Part shown: piece by piece, positions 26,710 to 37,474 of the stretch
How positions within the stretch are numbered: position 1 is the first letter of the stretch
How the letters are laid out: each line of letters opens with the position of its first letter
Assembly (NCBI GenBank): GCA_965662265.1
Contig: CBFIGX010000003.1
Span: 83,511 to 147,510, forward strand
DNA: 64,000 nucleotides
Direction of reading: 5' to 3'
From: Flavobacteriales bacterium
Lineage (GTDB): Bacteria > Bacteroidota > Bacteroidia > Flavobacteriales > UBA7430
Made by a program: the position numbers and the translations under genes
The notes under the pieces: generated by a model
The model's database searches: none
What the model was told of the DNA's origin: nothing
What the model saw: the letters and a program-made list of their open reading frames with translations, nothing else

Positions 26710-27525
26710 ATGAAAAATTTATTCCTCCTGTTCCTTATGATTGGTTCTTCTTTAGTTGCTCAAGATTACACAAAGCATCTAAGCAAAAAAGGGGAGTTTT
26801 ATGTGTTTTGGGGGTGGAATAGGTCTGTATATACTAATTCAGACATTCACTTTAAAGGTGATAATTATGATTTTACCTTGTATAATGTGCAATCTAGCGA
26901 CCGGCAAACTCCGTTCAACTTTAACAATTATTTTAATATTAAAAGATTTACTATTCCTCAGTATAATGGTCGCATAGGATATTTTATCAGCGATAAGTAC
27001 AGCATATCTTTTGGTTCAGACCATATGAAGTATGTTATGGATAGTGTACAAACGGTCCGTATAAATGGCTATATAGAAAATTCTGGAACCTACTATGATG
27101 GTACCTATAGCGATCAGGAGATTCAGATTCACCCTGATTTTTTAGAGTTTGAACATACAGATGGTTTAAACTACTTAAATATAGAGTACAGAAGACATGA
27201 CAGGATTTCTACCAGGTCTATCCTTTCATTGAACACTATAGTTGGTGCTGGAATTGGTATATTGGTGCCTAGAACAAATGCAACTCTTCTAAGCCACAAA
27301 AGACATGATGATTTTCATTTAGCAGGTTACGGCTTTGGATTTGTTGGCGGACTGCAGCTAAACATAGGTGCACACTTTTTTATTTTAGGGCAGGCAAAAG
27401 CTGGATTTATACATATGTCAGATATCCGAACTACCCAATATGATTCTGATAAAGCATCTCAGCAGTTTTATTTTGGTCAAGCAAACATTGTCTTCGGCTA
27501 CCGAAGGAATTTATTTTCCGAATAA
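26710..27525 (+). CDS. putative outer-membrane beta-barrel protein (uncharacterised)
   Basis: The ORF 26671..27525 is trimmed to the ATG at 26710. It has the signal peptide MKNLFLLFLMIGSSLVAQ and aromatic/Gly-rich alternating strands (GYGFGFVGGLQLNIG, FYFGQANIVFGY). I recognise no family. Confidence 0.5.
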   Translation: MKNLFLLFLMIGSSLVAQDYTKHLSKKGEFYVFWGWNRSVYTNSDIHFKGDNYDFTLYNVQSSDRQTPFNFNNYFNIKRFTIPQYNGRIGYFISDKYSISFGSDHMKYVMDSVQTVRINGYIENSGTYYDGTYSDQEIQIHPDFLEFEHTDGLNYLNIEYRRHDRISTRSILSLNTIVGAGIGILVPRTNATLLSHKRHDDFHLAGYGFGFVGGLQLNIGAHFFILGQAKAGFIHMSDIRTTQYDSDKASQQFYFGQANIVFGYRRNLFSE

Positions 27526-27543
27526 AGTCAGTTCCTTCTTACC

Positions 27544-27568
27544 AAAAAGCCTCCAATTGGAGGCTTTT
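27544..27568. terminator. bidirectional terminator between the OMP gene (+) and the BNR-repeat gene (-)
   Basis: AAAAGCCTCCAATTGGAGGCTTTT is a perfect palindrome. Confidence 0.7.
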
Positions 27569-27569
27569 A

Positions 27570-30500
27570 TCATTTGATGACTTCTAAGCGTTTGGTATAG
27601 ATTTCGTGCTCTGCTTTTAAACGATAAAAGTATGAGCCTGAAGATAAGTTGTTTAACTCAATCTTAAACTCATGATATCCAACATCAGCATTTCCTGATG
27701 AGATTGTCTTTATACGCTTCCCAATTACGTCGAATAATTCTAGTGAGTAGTCCATACGTTTATTTAAGTAAAGTCTAATAATACTTTCCTTGTTGGCAGG
27801 GTTAGGGACTGCGCCAAATAACTGGCATGTTCCTGTACTTTTACTGTTTGCAATTTGTTGGGCTACCAGGACATTATTTTGAGTAAATATCTGCTCGCCC
27901 TCATGAATAATTTCTATTTCTTGCCATCGGTTAGCGGCTGTGGACCAGTGTTTTGCAGTCCAAGTTTCATGCACAAATAAACCGTCTTTCTCCAAAGTGG
28001 TAAGATCATTCCCCCAAACACAAACTACTGTTGTAGGTAGTGTGATTTTTGCTGCACCTACCAAAGAGTTTTCTGCATCATAAATATGAATTTCATCGTC
28101 TGGCCCCACTTCCATAGACCAGCTTGTTACAGGAATAACAATATGCATATTAGACCCTGTATTTTTGTTGAAATCTAATACCTGACTATTGGTGTCAGTC
28201 CAAAGAGATTCTTCCATTCTGTAGTCTGCATCATTTGAGATATAGTTTAAGTAAATTGCATTTTCAGCTTTTATCTGATAGCCTCTTCCAGCTATCATAT
28301 TTCCTATCCCATTAAAATTCCAAGCGGGTAGATAGGCATTTCCTAAATAATCTTTCACGATGATAATTTCATCAGAAATTTCTTCAAGTACCAAACTTGC
28401 ATTTGCAGACTCTTGGCGGATATAAGAAATAATATTCCATCCTTGATTAATAGGAATACTTAAATTTTCAGGAGCTACCACTTCACCATCAACGCTTAGT
28501 ACCATGGCTTGGTTAAGTTTAACTTGGTATCCTTGTACATTGCTTACATTACCAATAGCGTTAAAGCTCCACTCTGGTAAATAGGCCGATCCCTCAAAAT
28601 CTTTTACAATAACAATGTGGTCATTTATTTCCGAAAGGACAGTTTCCAATGATGGGTCTTCTGGTATAATATAGGTAGAGAAAATATTCCACCCCTCTTC
28701 TAGATTAATGTTTTGTGTAGCATAGCTTATATAGCTACACGATTCATCGTTAATATTTGCCTGTGGGTTGTAGTTGGTAGCTGAGGGGTCTATACAACCT
28801 AGAATAGGGTTAATTACGGGTAGTGTACCATCGTTATTTACAAAGTTTATATTATCTATAAACAAGCTATTACCGTAGCCGTTTATAGCTACAAAGCGAA
28901 TGTTTACAACCTGATTGGCATACTCTGACAGGCTGATATACAGTTGTCCCCAGTCCTCACAGCTAGGCTCCCACCAATTACTTTGGTCGGCCGCCGTAGC
29001 CAAGTCTAAACCATAGGCTTCCCATAATGTAGTCCAATTTGTACCACAGTCAGTAGAAATTTCTACTTTTAGTCCGTCAGAATACCCATTTCCATATCTG
29101 GCATAAGCATAATCGAATTGGAGTGTTGCGTTGTCTAAGGGTGCCAAGTTGTATTTGGGGCTTAATAGGTCAGCTTCACCTCCTGCCTGACTTATATAGT
29201 AGTTGTTGACGTATGCCGCTGAGCTAGAGTCACAATTGGCACCAGAAGTAAATTGATAGGTCTGCCATGAAAAACCAGCAGGAGGTAGTGTCCAATTTTC
29301 TGGTGGAAAGTTTTCTTCTTCAAAATTTTGTTGCATAAGGGATAATTCGCTAATACTTTCGTCTTCAAAGTTGATAAAGCTGCTTAAAGTTTGACTATCA
29401 GATCCATTAATGTCTGCTACTGTTAGTGTTACGTCATATTGTCCTGGATTTTCATAATATACCAAAGGATTTTCTTCGTCGGAAGTTGCTGGTATTCCTC
29501 CTTCAAATTGCCAGTTATAGCTCGCTCCATCTGTGCGCATAGCAGAATGGTTGTAGAATTGAACAATGTTATTGGTGCAGTTTATATCAAAATTGTCTGC
29601 AGCGATTTGGGCTGAAGGTCCGAATTCTTCGTAAAAATTAACCTCCCAAACCCCCTGATTTGTTCCATTTTTCAATTTTCCTTCTTTGTAGTATGGAATT
29701 AGTTGTGTAGAGAAGGTTTGTAATGGTAGGTTGTTGTTGAACAATTCCCAATCTGTCATGTTATTATTTCTATAGTACACGGCTTGCCTGGTGCCAATAT
29801 AAACACCTCCATTAGAGCCCCTGTGGTATTCGATGTTGGTAATATTTTCGTTGCTTATAGAGGCTGTTGAAAGGTTGGTCCAGCTAGATCCACCATTTAT
29901 AGATTTGAATACATCATGCCCTTGTCCATCACTAGGATTTCCATACATGGAAGTTCTAACCATCCATATATGGTTCTCATCTTCGCTGCTTACTGTAATA
30001 TCGTAAGGAATCCAAATTTGACCGTTAATGGTGTTAGATGATGGGGTGATGTCTACCCACGAATTACCCGCATTTGTAGATCGGTATATTTTTTTCGTAT
30101 CCCACCACCCTGCGTAAGTACACACATAGATATAGTTTGGATTTGACCAAGCGACTTCTACAGAGGTAACTTTTTCACCAAAATCGTATAAGGAGTTGGT
30201 GCTAGTTCCTCCGTCAGTAGATTTGTAAAGCTGTGTTCCGTTCCCAATATAAAGGATGTTGGGCGATCGAGGATCAAACTCTAGATTGCTAGATTCACCA
30301 ACAATATATGAAGCATTTGGGTTTTTATCCATAGTAAAAGAACCTAAGCTTTCGGTTCTATCTCCTGGCAATAACCTTCCTCCGTTATCGGTATATACTT
30401 TTCTGTTGTCGGCAAAGTTTACAAAGCCTCTATAGTTGTCGCCTCCTTCAGCACACAGCCATCCTCCTTCGTAAACCTCATGATCTTTAATCATGGTTCC

Positions 30501-31970
30501 GTTATGATAGGTTCCGCCTAACATTACTTCACCATCGGAAAACCCAGCTCCAAAGCCCCAGAAGTCTGTTCCAGAAATGCCGTACATCTTTTTATCGAAA
30601 TTATCCCCCGCATTATTCGAGTAAAATACTCCTCCATCGCAGGCTACCCATAAGTCTTCGCCAAAGTAGCGCATATCGTGAATATCGGCATGTATGTATT
30701 GATCTTTATCGGGATGAGACCATTTTGCCGGACAACTAAAGCTGAGCCCACCATCAGTAGAAATCCAATGTTGCACTCCTGCTACATGAATAATATTGGC
30801 GTTTTCAGGATTTACTGCTAAGGCTAAGTCGTAGTAGTATTGCCCACCATCGTCAGTTCCCTCATCACTCCACCCCATCATATTGATATTTTCTAAAGAG
30901 GCAGGGCCTCCTTCTTGGTCGCCACAACATTGGAAGCTCCAAGTTTCTCCTTGGTCTTCACTGATGTATATACCGTATAATCCTGAGCCTCCATTTGCTG
31001 CCCCAGTAGCTAGAGCCACCACTTTATTAGGTGCAGCAGCACTTACCGCTATTTCTGTTCTTTTTTGCTCGTCTCCAGGGCCAGGATTGGGCCATCCTGT
31101 ATTGTATTCGATAAAGGTAGAGCCATTATCTGTAGATTTGAAAAAGGAGGTGCTGCTGGTGTTTTCTCTTACAGCATAGAGAGTTTCATTGTTAGTAGGA
31201 TGCACTTCCATTTCTAGCCATGTACCAGATTCTTGTATGTTAAAACTATTTCCTCCATTAGTAGAGTAATACAAACCCTGATTTGATGCCACCCACAATT
31301 TGCCATTGTGAATCATGATTTCTTTAATACTTATATCAGCGTTAAATTCGTCAGCGCCTATATCGGTATGGCTAGCACCTCCGTTGGAAGATTTGTATAA
31401 GGTTCCGCCACCACTAAAATATACGACATCTTCATCGTATGGGTCTATTTCCATAGCATATACATTGTTAATGGGCAGCTCTTTTGAAATGCAATACCAA
31501 TTTTCTCCTTTGTCGTCAGACCTCCAAAAACCTGCTGTTGCTGTACCAGCATATATTCTATTGCTGTTAGATAGTGATTGCTCTACACAATAAATATGTG
31601 CAGCGCCAGGGGCATAAGACCTACTCGCAGCATCGATATCAAAATCAAAAGGGCCTCGAGCAATCCAAGAGTTGGAATTTCTGGATGTACTTAATGAGGC
31701 TTCTATATATTCTCTTGTTGGTTTTGCTTTTTCTCTACTAAGCGTTCTTTTCCATCTTTTGTAGTACTGGGTATGTTTGTTTTTTACAAATTCATGTTTA
31801 TTATAATAAGCATCATAGGCTTTAGCAATAGCACCTGGATTAGGGTTTTCAGCATACATGAGCTGAATCCATAAAGGATTGTTATCTGTGCTTTTGGCAT
31901 ATCGAGTTTCTACTTGAGCTAAGCTTACTTGAACTATTGGAATAAAAAAGAAAAGAATTAGTTTTTTCAT
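27570..31970 (-). CDS. large secreted BNR/Asp-box (sortilin/VPS10- or xyloglucanase-like) repeat protein with a PKD-like domain, T9SS cargo
   Basis: 1466 aa with the signal peptide MKKLILFFFIPIVQVSLAQ. It has at least nine Asp-box motifs: SDDKGENW, STNGGNSF, STDNGSTF, SEDQGETW, STDGGLSF, SNNAGDNF, STDGGTS, STNAGNSW and SINGGSSW. A PKD-like segment (GQYDVTLTVADINGSDS) is present. The C-terminus is a T9SS sorting domain (VPNPANKESIIRLYL...GSYFYRLKAE...). Confidence 0.8.
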   Translation of the reverse strand: MKKLILFFFIPIVQVSLAQVETRYAKSTDNNPLWIQLMYAENPNPGAIAKAYDAYYNKHEFVKNKHTQYYKRWKRTLSREKAKPTREYIEASLSTSRNSNSWIARGPFDFDIDAASRSYAPGAAHIYCVEQSLSNSNRIYAGTATAGFWRSDDKGENWYCISKELPINNVYAMEIDPYDEDVVYFSGGGTLYKSSNGGASHTDIGADEFNADISIKEIMIHNGKLWVASNQGLYYSTNGGNSFNIQESGTWLEMEVHPTNNETLYAVRENTSSTSFFKSTDNGSTFIEYNTGWPNPGPGDEQKRTEIAVSAAAPNKVVALATGAANGGSGLYGIYISEDQGETWSFQCCGDQEGGPASLENINMMGWSDEGTDDGGQYYYDLALAVNPENANIIHVAGVQHWISTDGGLSFSCPAKWSHPDKDQYIHADIHDMRYFGEDLWVACDGGVFYSNNAGDNFDKKMYGISGTDFWGFGAGFSDGEVMLGGTYHNGTMIKDHEVYEGGWLCAEGGDNYRGFVNFADNRKVYTDNGGRLLPGDRTESLGSFTMDKNPNASYIVGESSNLEFDPRSPNILYIGNGTQLYKSTDGGTSTNSLYDFGEKVTSVEVAWSNPNYIYVCTYAGWWDTKKIYRSTNAGNSWVDITPSSNTINGQIWIPYDITVSSEDENHIWMVRTSMYGNPSDGQGHDVFKSINGGSSWTNLSTASISNENITNIEYHRGSNGGVYIGTRQAVYYRNNNMTDWELFNNNLPLQTFSTQLIPYYKEGKLKNGTNQGVWEVNFYEEFGPSAQIAADNFDINCTNNIVQFYNHSAMRTDGASYNWQFEGGIPATSDEENPLVYYENPGQYDVTLTVADINGSDSQTLSSFINFEDESISELSLMQQNFEEENFPPENWTLPPAGFSWQTYQFTSGANCDSSSAAYVNNYYISQAGGEADLLSPKYNLAPLDNATLQFDYAYARYGNGYSDGLKVEISTDCGTNWTTLWEAYGLDLATAADQSNWWEPSCEDWGQLYISLSEYANQVVNIRFVAINGYGNSLFIDNINFVNNDGTLPVINPILGCIDPSATNYNPQANINDESCSYISYATQNINLEEGWNIFSTYIIPEDPSLETVLSEINDHIVIVKDFEGSAYLPEWSFNAIGNVSNVQGYQVKLNQAMVLSVDGEVVAPENLSIPINQGWNIISYIRQESANASLVLEEISDEIIIVKDYLGNAYLPAWNFNGIGNMIAGRGYQIKAENAIYLNYISNDADYRMEESLWTDTNSQVLDFNKNTGSNMHIVIPVTSWSMEVGPDDEIHIYDAENSLVGAAKITLPTTVVCVWGNDLTTLEKDGLFVHETWTAKHWSTAANRWQEIEIIHEGEQIFTQNNVLVAQQIANSKSTGTCQLFGAVPNPANKESIIRLYLNKRMDYSLELFDVIGKRIKTISSGNADVGYHEFKIELNNLSSGSYFYRLKAEHEIYTKRLEVIK
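28240..28715 (-). repeat. tandem intragenic duplication encoding two modules of about 75 aa in the BNR-repeat protein
   Basis: R1 is NINLEEGWNIFSTYI...EINDHIVIVKDFEGSAYLPEWSFNAIGNVSNVQGYQVK. R2 is SIPINQGWNIISYIR...EISDEIIIVKDYLGNAYLPAWNFNGIGNMIAGRGYQIK. The boundaries are approximate. Confidence 0.7.
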
Positions 31971-32033
31971 AATACTTAGTTTAGTGGCAGGAAATCTTTG
32001 CTAAGATAAACTATTTGTTCAATGATTTTTCAC

Positions 32034-32064
32034 AAAAAAAAAGGCAGCCACTGGCTGCCTTTTT
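32034..32064 (-). terminator. rho-independent terminator after aspS
   Basis: The minus strand reads GGCAGCCAGTGGCTGCC followed by TTTTTTTTT. Confidence 0.75.
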
Positions 32065-32079
32065 GAATTAGAATTCTTT

Positions 32080-33825
32080 TTAAACTTTAAGTTTTAAGTT
32101 TAACTCGTTTAATTGATCTTGATCTATGTTTGCCGGGGCATCGATCATTACATCTCTCCCTGAATTATTTTTTGGAAATGCGATAAAGTCTCGAATAGAC
32201 TCTGCTCCACCCATAAGAGCACAAAGTCGGTCTAGGCCAAATGCCAATCCACCGTGAGGGGGCGCACCATATTCAAATGCATTCATTAAGAAGCCAAATT
32301 GTTCTTGTGCCTCTTCGTCGCTAAACCCAAGATGTTGGAACATTAATTTTTGCAGATCTCTATCGTGAATACGAATCGATCCACCACCTATTTCAGAACC
32401 ATTCAGAACCATATCATATGCATTAGCTTTTACTTCTCCAGGAGCAGTATCTAGCTTGTTAATGTCTTCCGGTTTTGGTGATGTAAATGGATGGTGCATA
32501 GCATGGTAACGAGAGGTTTCTTCGTCCCACTCAAGTAAAGGGAAGTCGATAACCCAAAGTGGTGCAAATACTTTTGGATCTCTCAGTCCAAGTTGTTCAC
32601 CCATTTGTAATCTTAACTCGCTCATTTGTTTCCTGCAAGCAATCTTGCTTCCGCTAAGTACCAATATTAAATCACCTGTTTTTGCTTCAGTAGTTGCCGC
32701 CCACTCTGCAAGGTCTTCTTGGCTAAAGAATTTGTCTACGGATGATTTGTAGGTCCCATCTTCATTACATTTGACGTAGATCATGCCTTTGGCCCCTATT
32801 TGAGGACGTTTTACCCAATCGGTAAGTTTGTCTAATTGTTTGCGTGTGAATCCAGCACAACCTTTGGCATTAATGGCAAGGATTAATTCGGCATCATCAA
32901 AAACTTTGAAGCCTTTGTTTTGCCCCAAAGAAGTAATATTTTTCAGCTTCATATCGAAACGAATGTCTGGTTTGTCGTTTCCATAATCTCGCATAGCTTC
33001 ATCAAATGTCATTCGAGGAAATTTGTCTACACTCACGTTAATTACTGTTTTTAACAAGTGTCGAGTAAGGTTCTCGAATGTGTTAAGGATGTCTTCTTGT
33101 TCTACAAAAGACATTTCGCAGTCTATTTGTGTAAACTCCGGCTGCCTGTCTGCCCTCAAGTCTTCATCTCTAAAGCACTTTACAATTTGAAAGTACTTGT
33201 CGAAGCCAGAAACCATGAGCAATTGCTTAAATGTTTGAGGTGACTGAGGAAGTGCATAAAACTGCCCTTGATTCATTCTACTCGGCACAACAAAATCTCT
33301 AGCTCCTTCAGGAGTTGATTTAATTAATACAGGTGTTTCAACCTCAATAAAGTCTTGATCTGCTAGATATTTTCTTGTTTCTATTGCCACCTTCGATCGA
33401 AGAATCATATTCTCGCGAATCGGGTTACGGCGTAGGTCTAAGTATCTATATTTCATACGTAGGTCATCTCCGCCGTCTGTTTCATTTTCTATGGTAAAAG
33501 GTGGTGTTTTTGAAGCATTTAATATATTCAAATTAGATACTTCAATTTCTATTTCTCCTGTGGGGATATTTTTGTTTTTAGAGCTGCGCTCTATTACTAC
33601 TCCACTTACTTGAACAACAAATTCTCTTCCTAGTTTTCGAGCTTCTATGCAAAGTTGTTCGTTGGCATCTAGGTTAAAAACCAATTGAGTAATACCATAA
33701 CGATCTCTCAGGTCTACAAAGGTCATTCCTCCTAGATCTCGCGATTTTTGAACCCATCCACTTAGGGTTATCTTATCTCCTAAATTACTAATGTTTAGCT
33801 CTCCGCAAGTATGTGATCGTAACAT
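32080..33825 (-). CDS. aspS: aspartyl-tRNA synthetase
   Basis: 581 aa. It has an OB-fold N-terminus, [26 protein letters not shown] and GLAFGLDRL (class IIb). Confidence 0.93.
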   Translation of the reverse strand: MLRSHTCGELNISNLGDKITLSGWVQKSRDLGGMTFVDLRDRYGITQLVFNLDANEQLCIEARKLGREFVVQVSGVVIERSSKNKNIPTGEIEIEVSNLNILNASKTPPFTIENETDGGDDLRMKYRYLDLRRNPIRENMILRSKVAIETRKYLADQDFIEVETPVLIKSTPEGARDFVVPSRMNQGQFYALPQSPQTFKQLLMVSGFDKYFQIVKCFRDEDLRADRQPEFTQIDCEMSFVEQEDILNTFENLTRHLLKTVINVSVDKFPRMTFDEAMRDYGNDKPDIRFDMKLKNITSLGQNKGFKVFDDAELILAINAKGCAGFTRKQLDKLTDWVKRPQIGAKGMIYVKCNEDGTYKSSVDKFFSQEDLAEWAATTEAKTGDLILVLSGSKIACRKQMSELRLQMGEQLGLRDPKVFAPLWVIDFPLLEWDEETSRYHAMHHPFTSPKPEDINKLDTAPGEVKANAYDMVLNGSEIGGGSIRIHDRDLQKLMFQHLGFSDEEAQEQFGFLMNAFEYGAPPHGGLAFGLDRLCALMGGAESIRDFIAFPKNNSGRDVMIDAPANIDQDQLNELNLKLKV

Positions 33826-33844
33826 ATGTTCTGATTTTGAAGTG

Positions 33845-33852
33845 CAAAAGTA
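33845..33852 (-). promoter_or_regulatory. '-7' box TACTTTTG for aspS
   Basis: The minus strand reads TACTTTTG, 19 nt upstream of the aspS ATG (33825). Confidence 0.4.
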
Positions 33853-33944
33853 GTGAATTGTTGTTAGTATTTCGTAGCCTAAAAGCAGGATAGTTCTTTA
33901 AAGAATCTACGATTTTCAATAAATGAATAAATAATGATGATTTG

Positions 33945-34301
33945 TTAGCCTCTAAAGGCATCTTCAATATGATATACTTTGCTTTCTTTTTCGTTTTTTA
34001 TAATAGAAATGATATCAAATCGAACCTCGTAATATAAATCTTTTTCTTCAAGATAAATTTCTGCAGCCTCGACCAACATGAGTTCTTTTTTATTGTTTAC
34101 TGATTCATCTGGAAAACCGTATTTATCAGAAGATCGAGTTTTAACCTCTGTAAAAATAATGAGGTTATTGTGCCAAGAAATAATGTCTATCTCATATTTA
34201 AGATAGCGCCAATTTCTTTCGAGAATTTTGTGCTGTTTATTTTGTAGATAAGCTATGGCAATAGTTTCACCTTGTGTCCCTAGTTTGTTGTGTTCTGCCA
34301 T
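33945..34301 (-). CDS. yraN: YraN-family (UPF0102) endonuclease-like protein
   Basis: The ORF 33945..34391 is trimmed to the internal ATG (MAEHNKLGTQGETIAIAYL...), which removes the overlap with ldcA. It has the YraN pattern G...GE..A..YL...G..IL.RN.R....EID.I and FVEVK-like FTEVKTR. Confidence 0.8.
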   Translation of the reverse strand: MAEHNKLGTQGETIAIAYLQNKQHKILERNWRYLKYEIDIISWHNNLIIFTEVKTRSSDKYGFPDESVNNKKELMLVEAAEIYLEEKDLYYEVRFDIISIIKNEKESKVYHIEDAFRG

Positions 34302-34332
34302 AAGTAAATGCTTTTTATTTTCTGTTGTGAAG

Positions 34333-35238
34333 TTATTTTCTATTAAAGAATACTTTTTCATCTGTGACACATAAAGAGTAATTAGCTCCAAATACTAAGG
34401 GCTGGTTGTTGTCGATATGCCCTGCTGGGAAATCAAATGCAACCGGAAAATCGTATTTGGAAACCATATCCAGAATTATTTGCTCGGCACTTTTGCCATA
34501 AGGTACACTATTGTCGTTCATATCAGACATGCCACCTACTATGAGTCCAGACAGATTTTTTAACATTCCAGCCCTATCTAAACCCTGCATCATTCTATCT
34601 AAATGGTAGAGGTACTCATCTAAATCTTCAATGAACAATAGTTTGCCTTGGGTATTCATTTGACTTTTTGAGCCAAGTAAAGAGTACAGTATAGAAAGGT
34701 TGCCGCCTACAAGTTCTCCTGATGCCTGACCCATTTTATTCAATGGGTGTAGGTTGCATTCATATTGAATTTCATAGCCGAATAAAATTTTTCTCAGACT
34801 ACTTAAACTACTTTGGCTATTGTTAGGAAAGGTGATGGGCATAGGTGCATGAAGTGAGGCAATTCTCAAATTTTCATGTATGTGCGAATGAAATACTGTT
34901 ATATCGCTGAAGCCGACCAACCATTTTGGTTTTTTTTTAAATGCCGACCAGTCGATCAAGTCTACAATTTGTATAGACCCGTAACCACCTCTAACAAAGA
35001 ATACCGCTTTTATGGTGGGATTATCTAATGCAGATTGTAAATCTTTTTTACGGTCATCAACAGTGCCGGCAAATTGATGATTTTTCTTATGAAGGTGTGC
35101 TCCAAAACAGATTTGCAGACCCCATTTGTCTATCGTTTTAACTGCATATTGGAGTTCAGAAACATCTACCTTTCGGGCAGATGAAATGAGAGCTACTTTG
35201 TCTCCCTCGGTAAGTATCGGAATTTGATTTGTTTTCAA
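34333..35238 (-). CDS. ldcA: LD-carboxypeptidase (peptidase S66, muramoyltetrapeptide carboxypeptidase)
   Basis: 301 aa with a TTG start. It has the nucleophile motif GFSDIT (LVGFSDITVFH), GGYGS and FPAGH, typical of S66. Confidence 0.8.
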   Translation of the reverse strand: MKTNQIPILTEGDKVALISSARKVDVSELQYAVKTIDKWGLQICFGAHLHKKNHQFAGTVDDRKKDLQSALDNPTIKAVFFVRGGYGSIQIVDLIDWSAFKKKPKWLVGFSDITVFHSHIHENLRIASLHAPMPITFPNNSQSSLSSLRKILFGYEIQYECNLHPLNKMGQASGELVGGNLSILYSLLGSKSQMNTQGKLLFIEDLDEYLYHLDRMMQGLDRAGMLKNLSGLIVGGMSDMNDNSVPYGKSAEQIILDMVSKYDFPVAFDFPAGHIDNNQPLVFGANYSLCVTDEKVFFNRK

Positions 35239-35304
35239 GACCTTTTTTTTGATGCTTTAAATATAGACTTTTGGCTGTAAGTATTATAGTACATTAGTAT
35301 CTCT

Positions 35305-35312
35305 TATATTTG
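35305..35312 (+). promoter_or_regulatory. '-7' box TATATTTG for metG
   Basis: TATATTTG lies 22 nt upstream of the ATG at 35334. The ORF-track TTG start at 35310 is the TTG of this box. Confidence 0.45.
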
Positions 35313-35333
35313 CACCTTATAAAAATAGAAACA

Positions 35334-37373
35334 ATGTCTGAAGAAGCAAAAAGATATACTATTACGGCAGCATTACCTTACACTAATGGACCTATTCATA
35401 TAGGGCACCTAGCAGGTGTTTATATTCCTAGTGATATCTATGCACGGTTCTTACGATCAAACCGTAAAGATGTTGTTTTCGTTTGCGGTTCTGATGAGCA
35501 CGGAGTGCCTATCACCATTTCCGCAAAAAAAGAAGGAGTAGGACCACAACAAATTGTAGATAAGTATCACAAAATTATTGGCGACTCTTTCAAAGATTTA
35601 GGGATAAGCTTCGATATCTATCATAGGACTTCAGACGCAGTACATCATCAAACTGCATCAGAATTTTTTGAGCATCTTCATCAAAAAGGTGTATTTATAG
35701 AAAAAGTAAGTCAGCAGTATTTCGACGAGAAAGAGAATGAGTTTTTAGCAGATAGGTACATTACAGGAACCTGTCCTCATTGTAAAAACGATGGAGCTTA
35801 TGGCGATCAGTGTGAGAAATGTGGGACTTCATTAAGCGCTACAGACCTCATTAATCCAAAGTCTGCCCTAAGTGGCAATAAACCGATAATGAAAGAAACC
35901 AAACACTGGTTTTTGCCTTTGGAAAAATACGAAAGCTGGTTAAAAGAATGGATTCTCGATGGACACAAGCTCGATTGGAAGTCTAATGTTTACGGACAAT
36001 GTAAATCATGGCTAGATCAAGGCTTGCAACCTAGGGCGGTAACACGAGACTTGGATTGGGGGATACCCGTTCCAGTAGAAGGAGGAGATGGGAAAGTTTT
36101 GTACGTATGGTTTGATGCGCCCATAGGATATATTTCTGCCACCAAGCAGTGGGCTAACGAGTCTGGTAAAGACTGGCAACCTTATTGGAAAGAGAAAAAC
36201 ACTAAACTGGTCCATTTTATTGGAAAAGACAACATCGTATTCCACTGTATCATATTCCCAAGTATGCTAAAAGCACATGGAGATTTTATATTGCCAGAAA
36301 ACGTGCCAGCCAATGAGTTTTTAAACTTAGAGGGAGATAAAATTTCTACTTCTAGAAATTGGGCCGTTTGGGCACACGAATATTTAGAAGATTTCCCCGG
36401 GAAACAAGATGTAATGCGTTATGTGCTTTGTGCCACAGCACCCGAAACTAAAGATAATGATTTTACTTGGAAGGATTTTCAAACGAGAAATAATTCCGAG
36501 CTAGTAGGGATATACGGAAACTTTATCAACAGAGTTGTCGTACTTACCAACAAGTATTATGGTGGAGTGGTTCCTGCAAGAGCAGAGCTTAGCGATTACG
36601 ACAAGGAGATATTGTTAGAACTAGAAGCCATTCCTAATAAAATTTCTAAATCTATTGAAGCGTACAGATTTAGAGAGGCTTTATCAGAGATGATGAATTT
36701 AGCGCGGTTAGGAAATAAATATTTAGCAGATGAAGAGCCATGGAAGTTGGTTAAAACTGATGAGTTACGGACAAAGACCATAATGAATATTGCACTTCAG
36801 CTTGCAGCTAATTTGAGCATTTTATCAGAGCCATTTATTCCATCTACAGCCTCTAAGCTGGCCCATATGCTAGGAATTCGGCAGTTAAATTGGGAGCTTG
36901 CCGGTTCAGATAAATTACTTGATGAAGGACATAAGGTAGAGCAAGCATCTTTACTGTTTAGTAAAATTGATGATGAAGAAATAGATAGACAACTAGCCAA
37001 ACTTGAGGCAGTGAAGTTAGCAAATGAAGAGCCAATTGCTCAAAAAGAGAATGTTAGCTTTGAAGATTTTACTTCTATGGATATTAGAGTAGGAACAATT
37101 ACTGGCGCAGAGAAAGTAAAGAAAACTAAGAAACTTCTTAAGTTGACCGTAGATACTGGTATAGATATAAGAACCGTAGTTTCTGGTATTGCCGAATATT
37201 ATACAGCAGAACAGATTATTGGTAAGCAGGTGTCTATTTTAGTGAACTTAGCACCTAGAAAAATTAAAGGCATAGAATCGCAAGGGATGGTTCTTATGGC
37301 AGAAGATAAGGATGGAACACTCACCTTTGTTCAGCCTTCAAGATCAACTTCAGATGGGTCGGTTATAGCTTAA
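35334..37373 (+). CDS. metG: methionyl-tRNA synthetase with a C-terminal tRNA-binding (Trbp111/EMAP-like) domain
   Basis: It has HIGH (PIHIGHLAG), a Zn knuckle CPHC...CEKC, a KMSKS variant (DKISTSRN), and a C-terminal OB domain (DIRVGTI...LKLTVDTG...IVSGIA). Confidence 0.93.
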   Translation: MSEEAKRYTITAALPYTNGPIHIGHLAGVYIPSDIYARFLRSNRKDVVFVCGSDEHGVPITISAKKEGVGPQQIVDKYHKIIGDSFKDLGISFDIYHRTSDAVHHQTASEFFEHLHQKGVFIEKVSQQYFDEKENEFLADRYITGTCPHCKNDGAYGDQCEKCGTSLSATDLINPKSALSGNKPIMKETKHWFLPLEKYESWLKEWILDGHKLDWKSNVYGQCKSWLDQGLQPRAVTRDLDWGIPVPVEGGDGKVLYVWFDAPIGYISATKQWANESGKDWQPYWKEKNTKLVHFIGKDNIVFHCIIFPSMLKAHGDFILPENVPANEFLNLEGDKISTSRNWAVWAHEYLEDFPGKQDVMRYVLCATAPETKDNDFTWKDFQTRNNSELVGIYGNFINRVVVLTNKYYGGVVPARAELSDYDKEILLELEAIPNKISKSIEAYRFREALSEMMNLARLGNKYLADEEPWKLVKTDELRTKTIMNIALQLAANLSILSEPFIPSTASKLAHMLGIRQLNWELAGSDKLLDEGHKVEQASLLFSKIDDEEIDRQLAKLEAVKLANEEPIAQKENVSFEDFTSMDIRVGTITGAEKVKKTKKLLKLTVDTGIDIRTVVSGIAEYYTAEQIIGKQVSILVNLAPRKIKGIESQGMVLMAEDKDGTLTFVQPSRSTSDGSVIA

Positions 37374-37386
37374 TAGAATAGGAGCT

Positions 37387-37412
37387 ATTAATCGCAAAAC
37401 GATTAATTTTTT
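37387..37412 (+). terminator. probable rho-independent terminator after metG (AT-rich stem)
   Basis: ATTAATCG-CAAAA-CGATTAAT is followed by TTTTT. Confidence 0.45.
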
Positions 37413-37474
37413 AAATAGCATATCAGGATTTTGTAAGGAGGGTTTTATGCAGTAATTTTTTGCTTAAAATGCAT

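Noticed and set aside
21788-32064. The hem operon and the BNR-repeat gene looked GC-richer than their surroundings, which raised the possibility of horizontal transfer.
   Set aside because: Sampled lines from other conserved housekeeping genes (aspS 26 of 60, metG 30 of 60, asnS 24 of 60) are just as GC-rich. The pattern tracks protein conservation and expression level rather than an island. No mobility genes or repeats flank the block.
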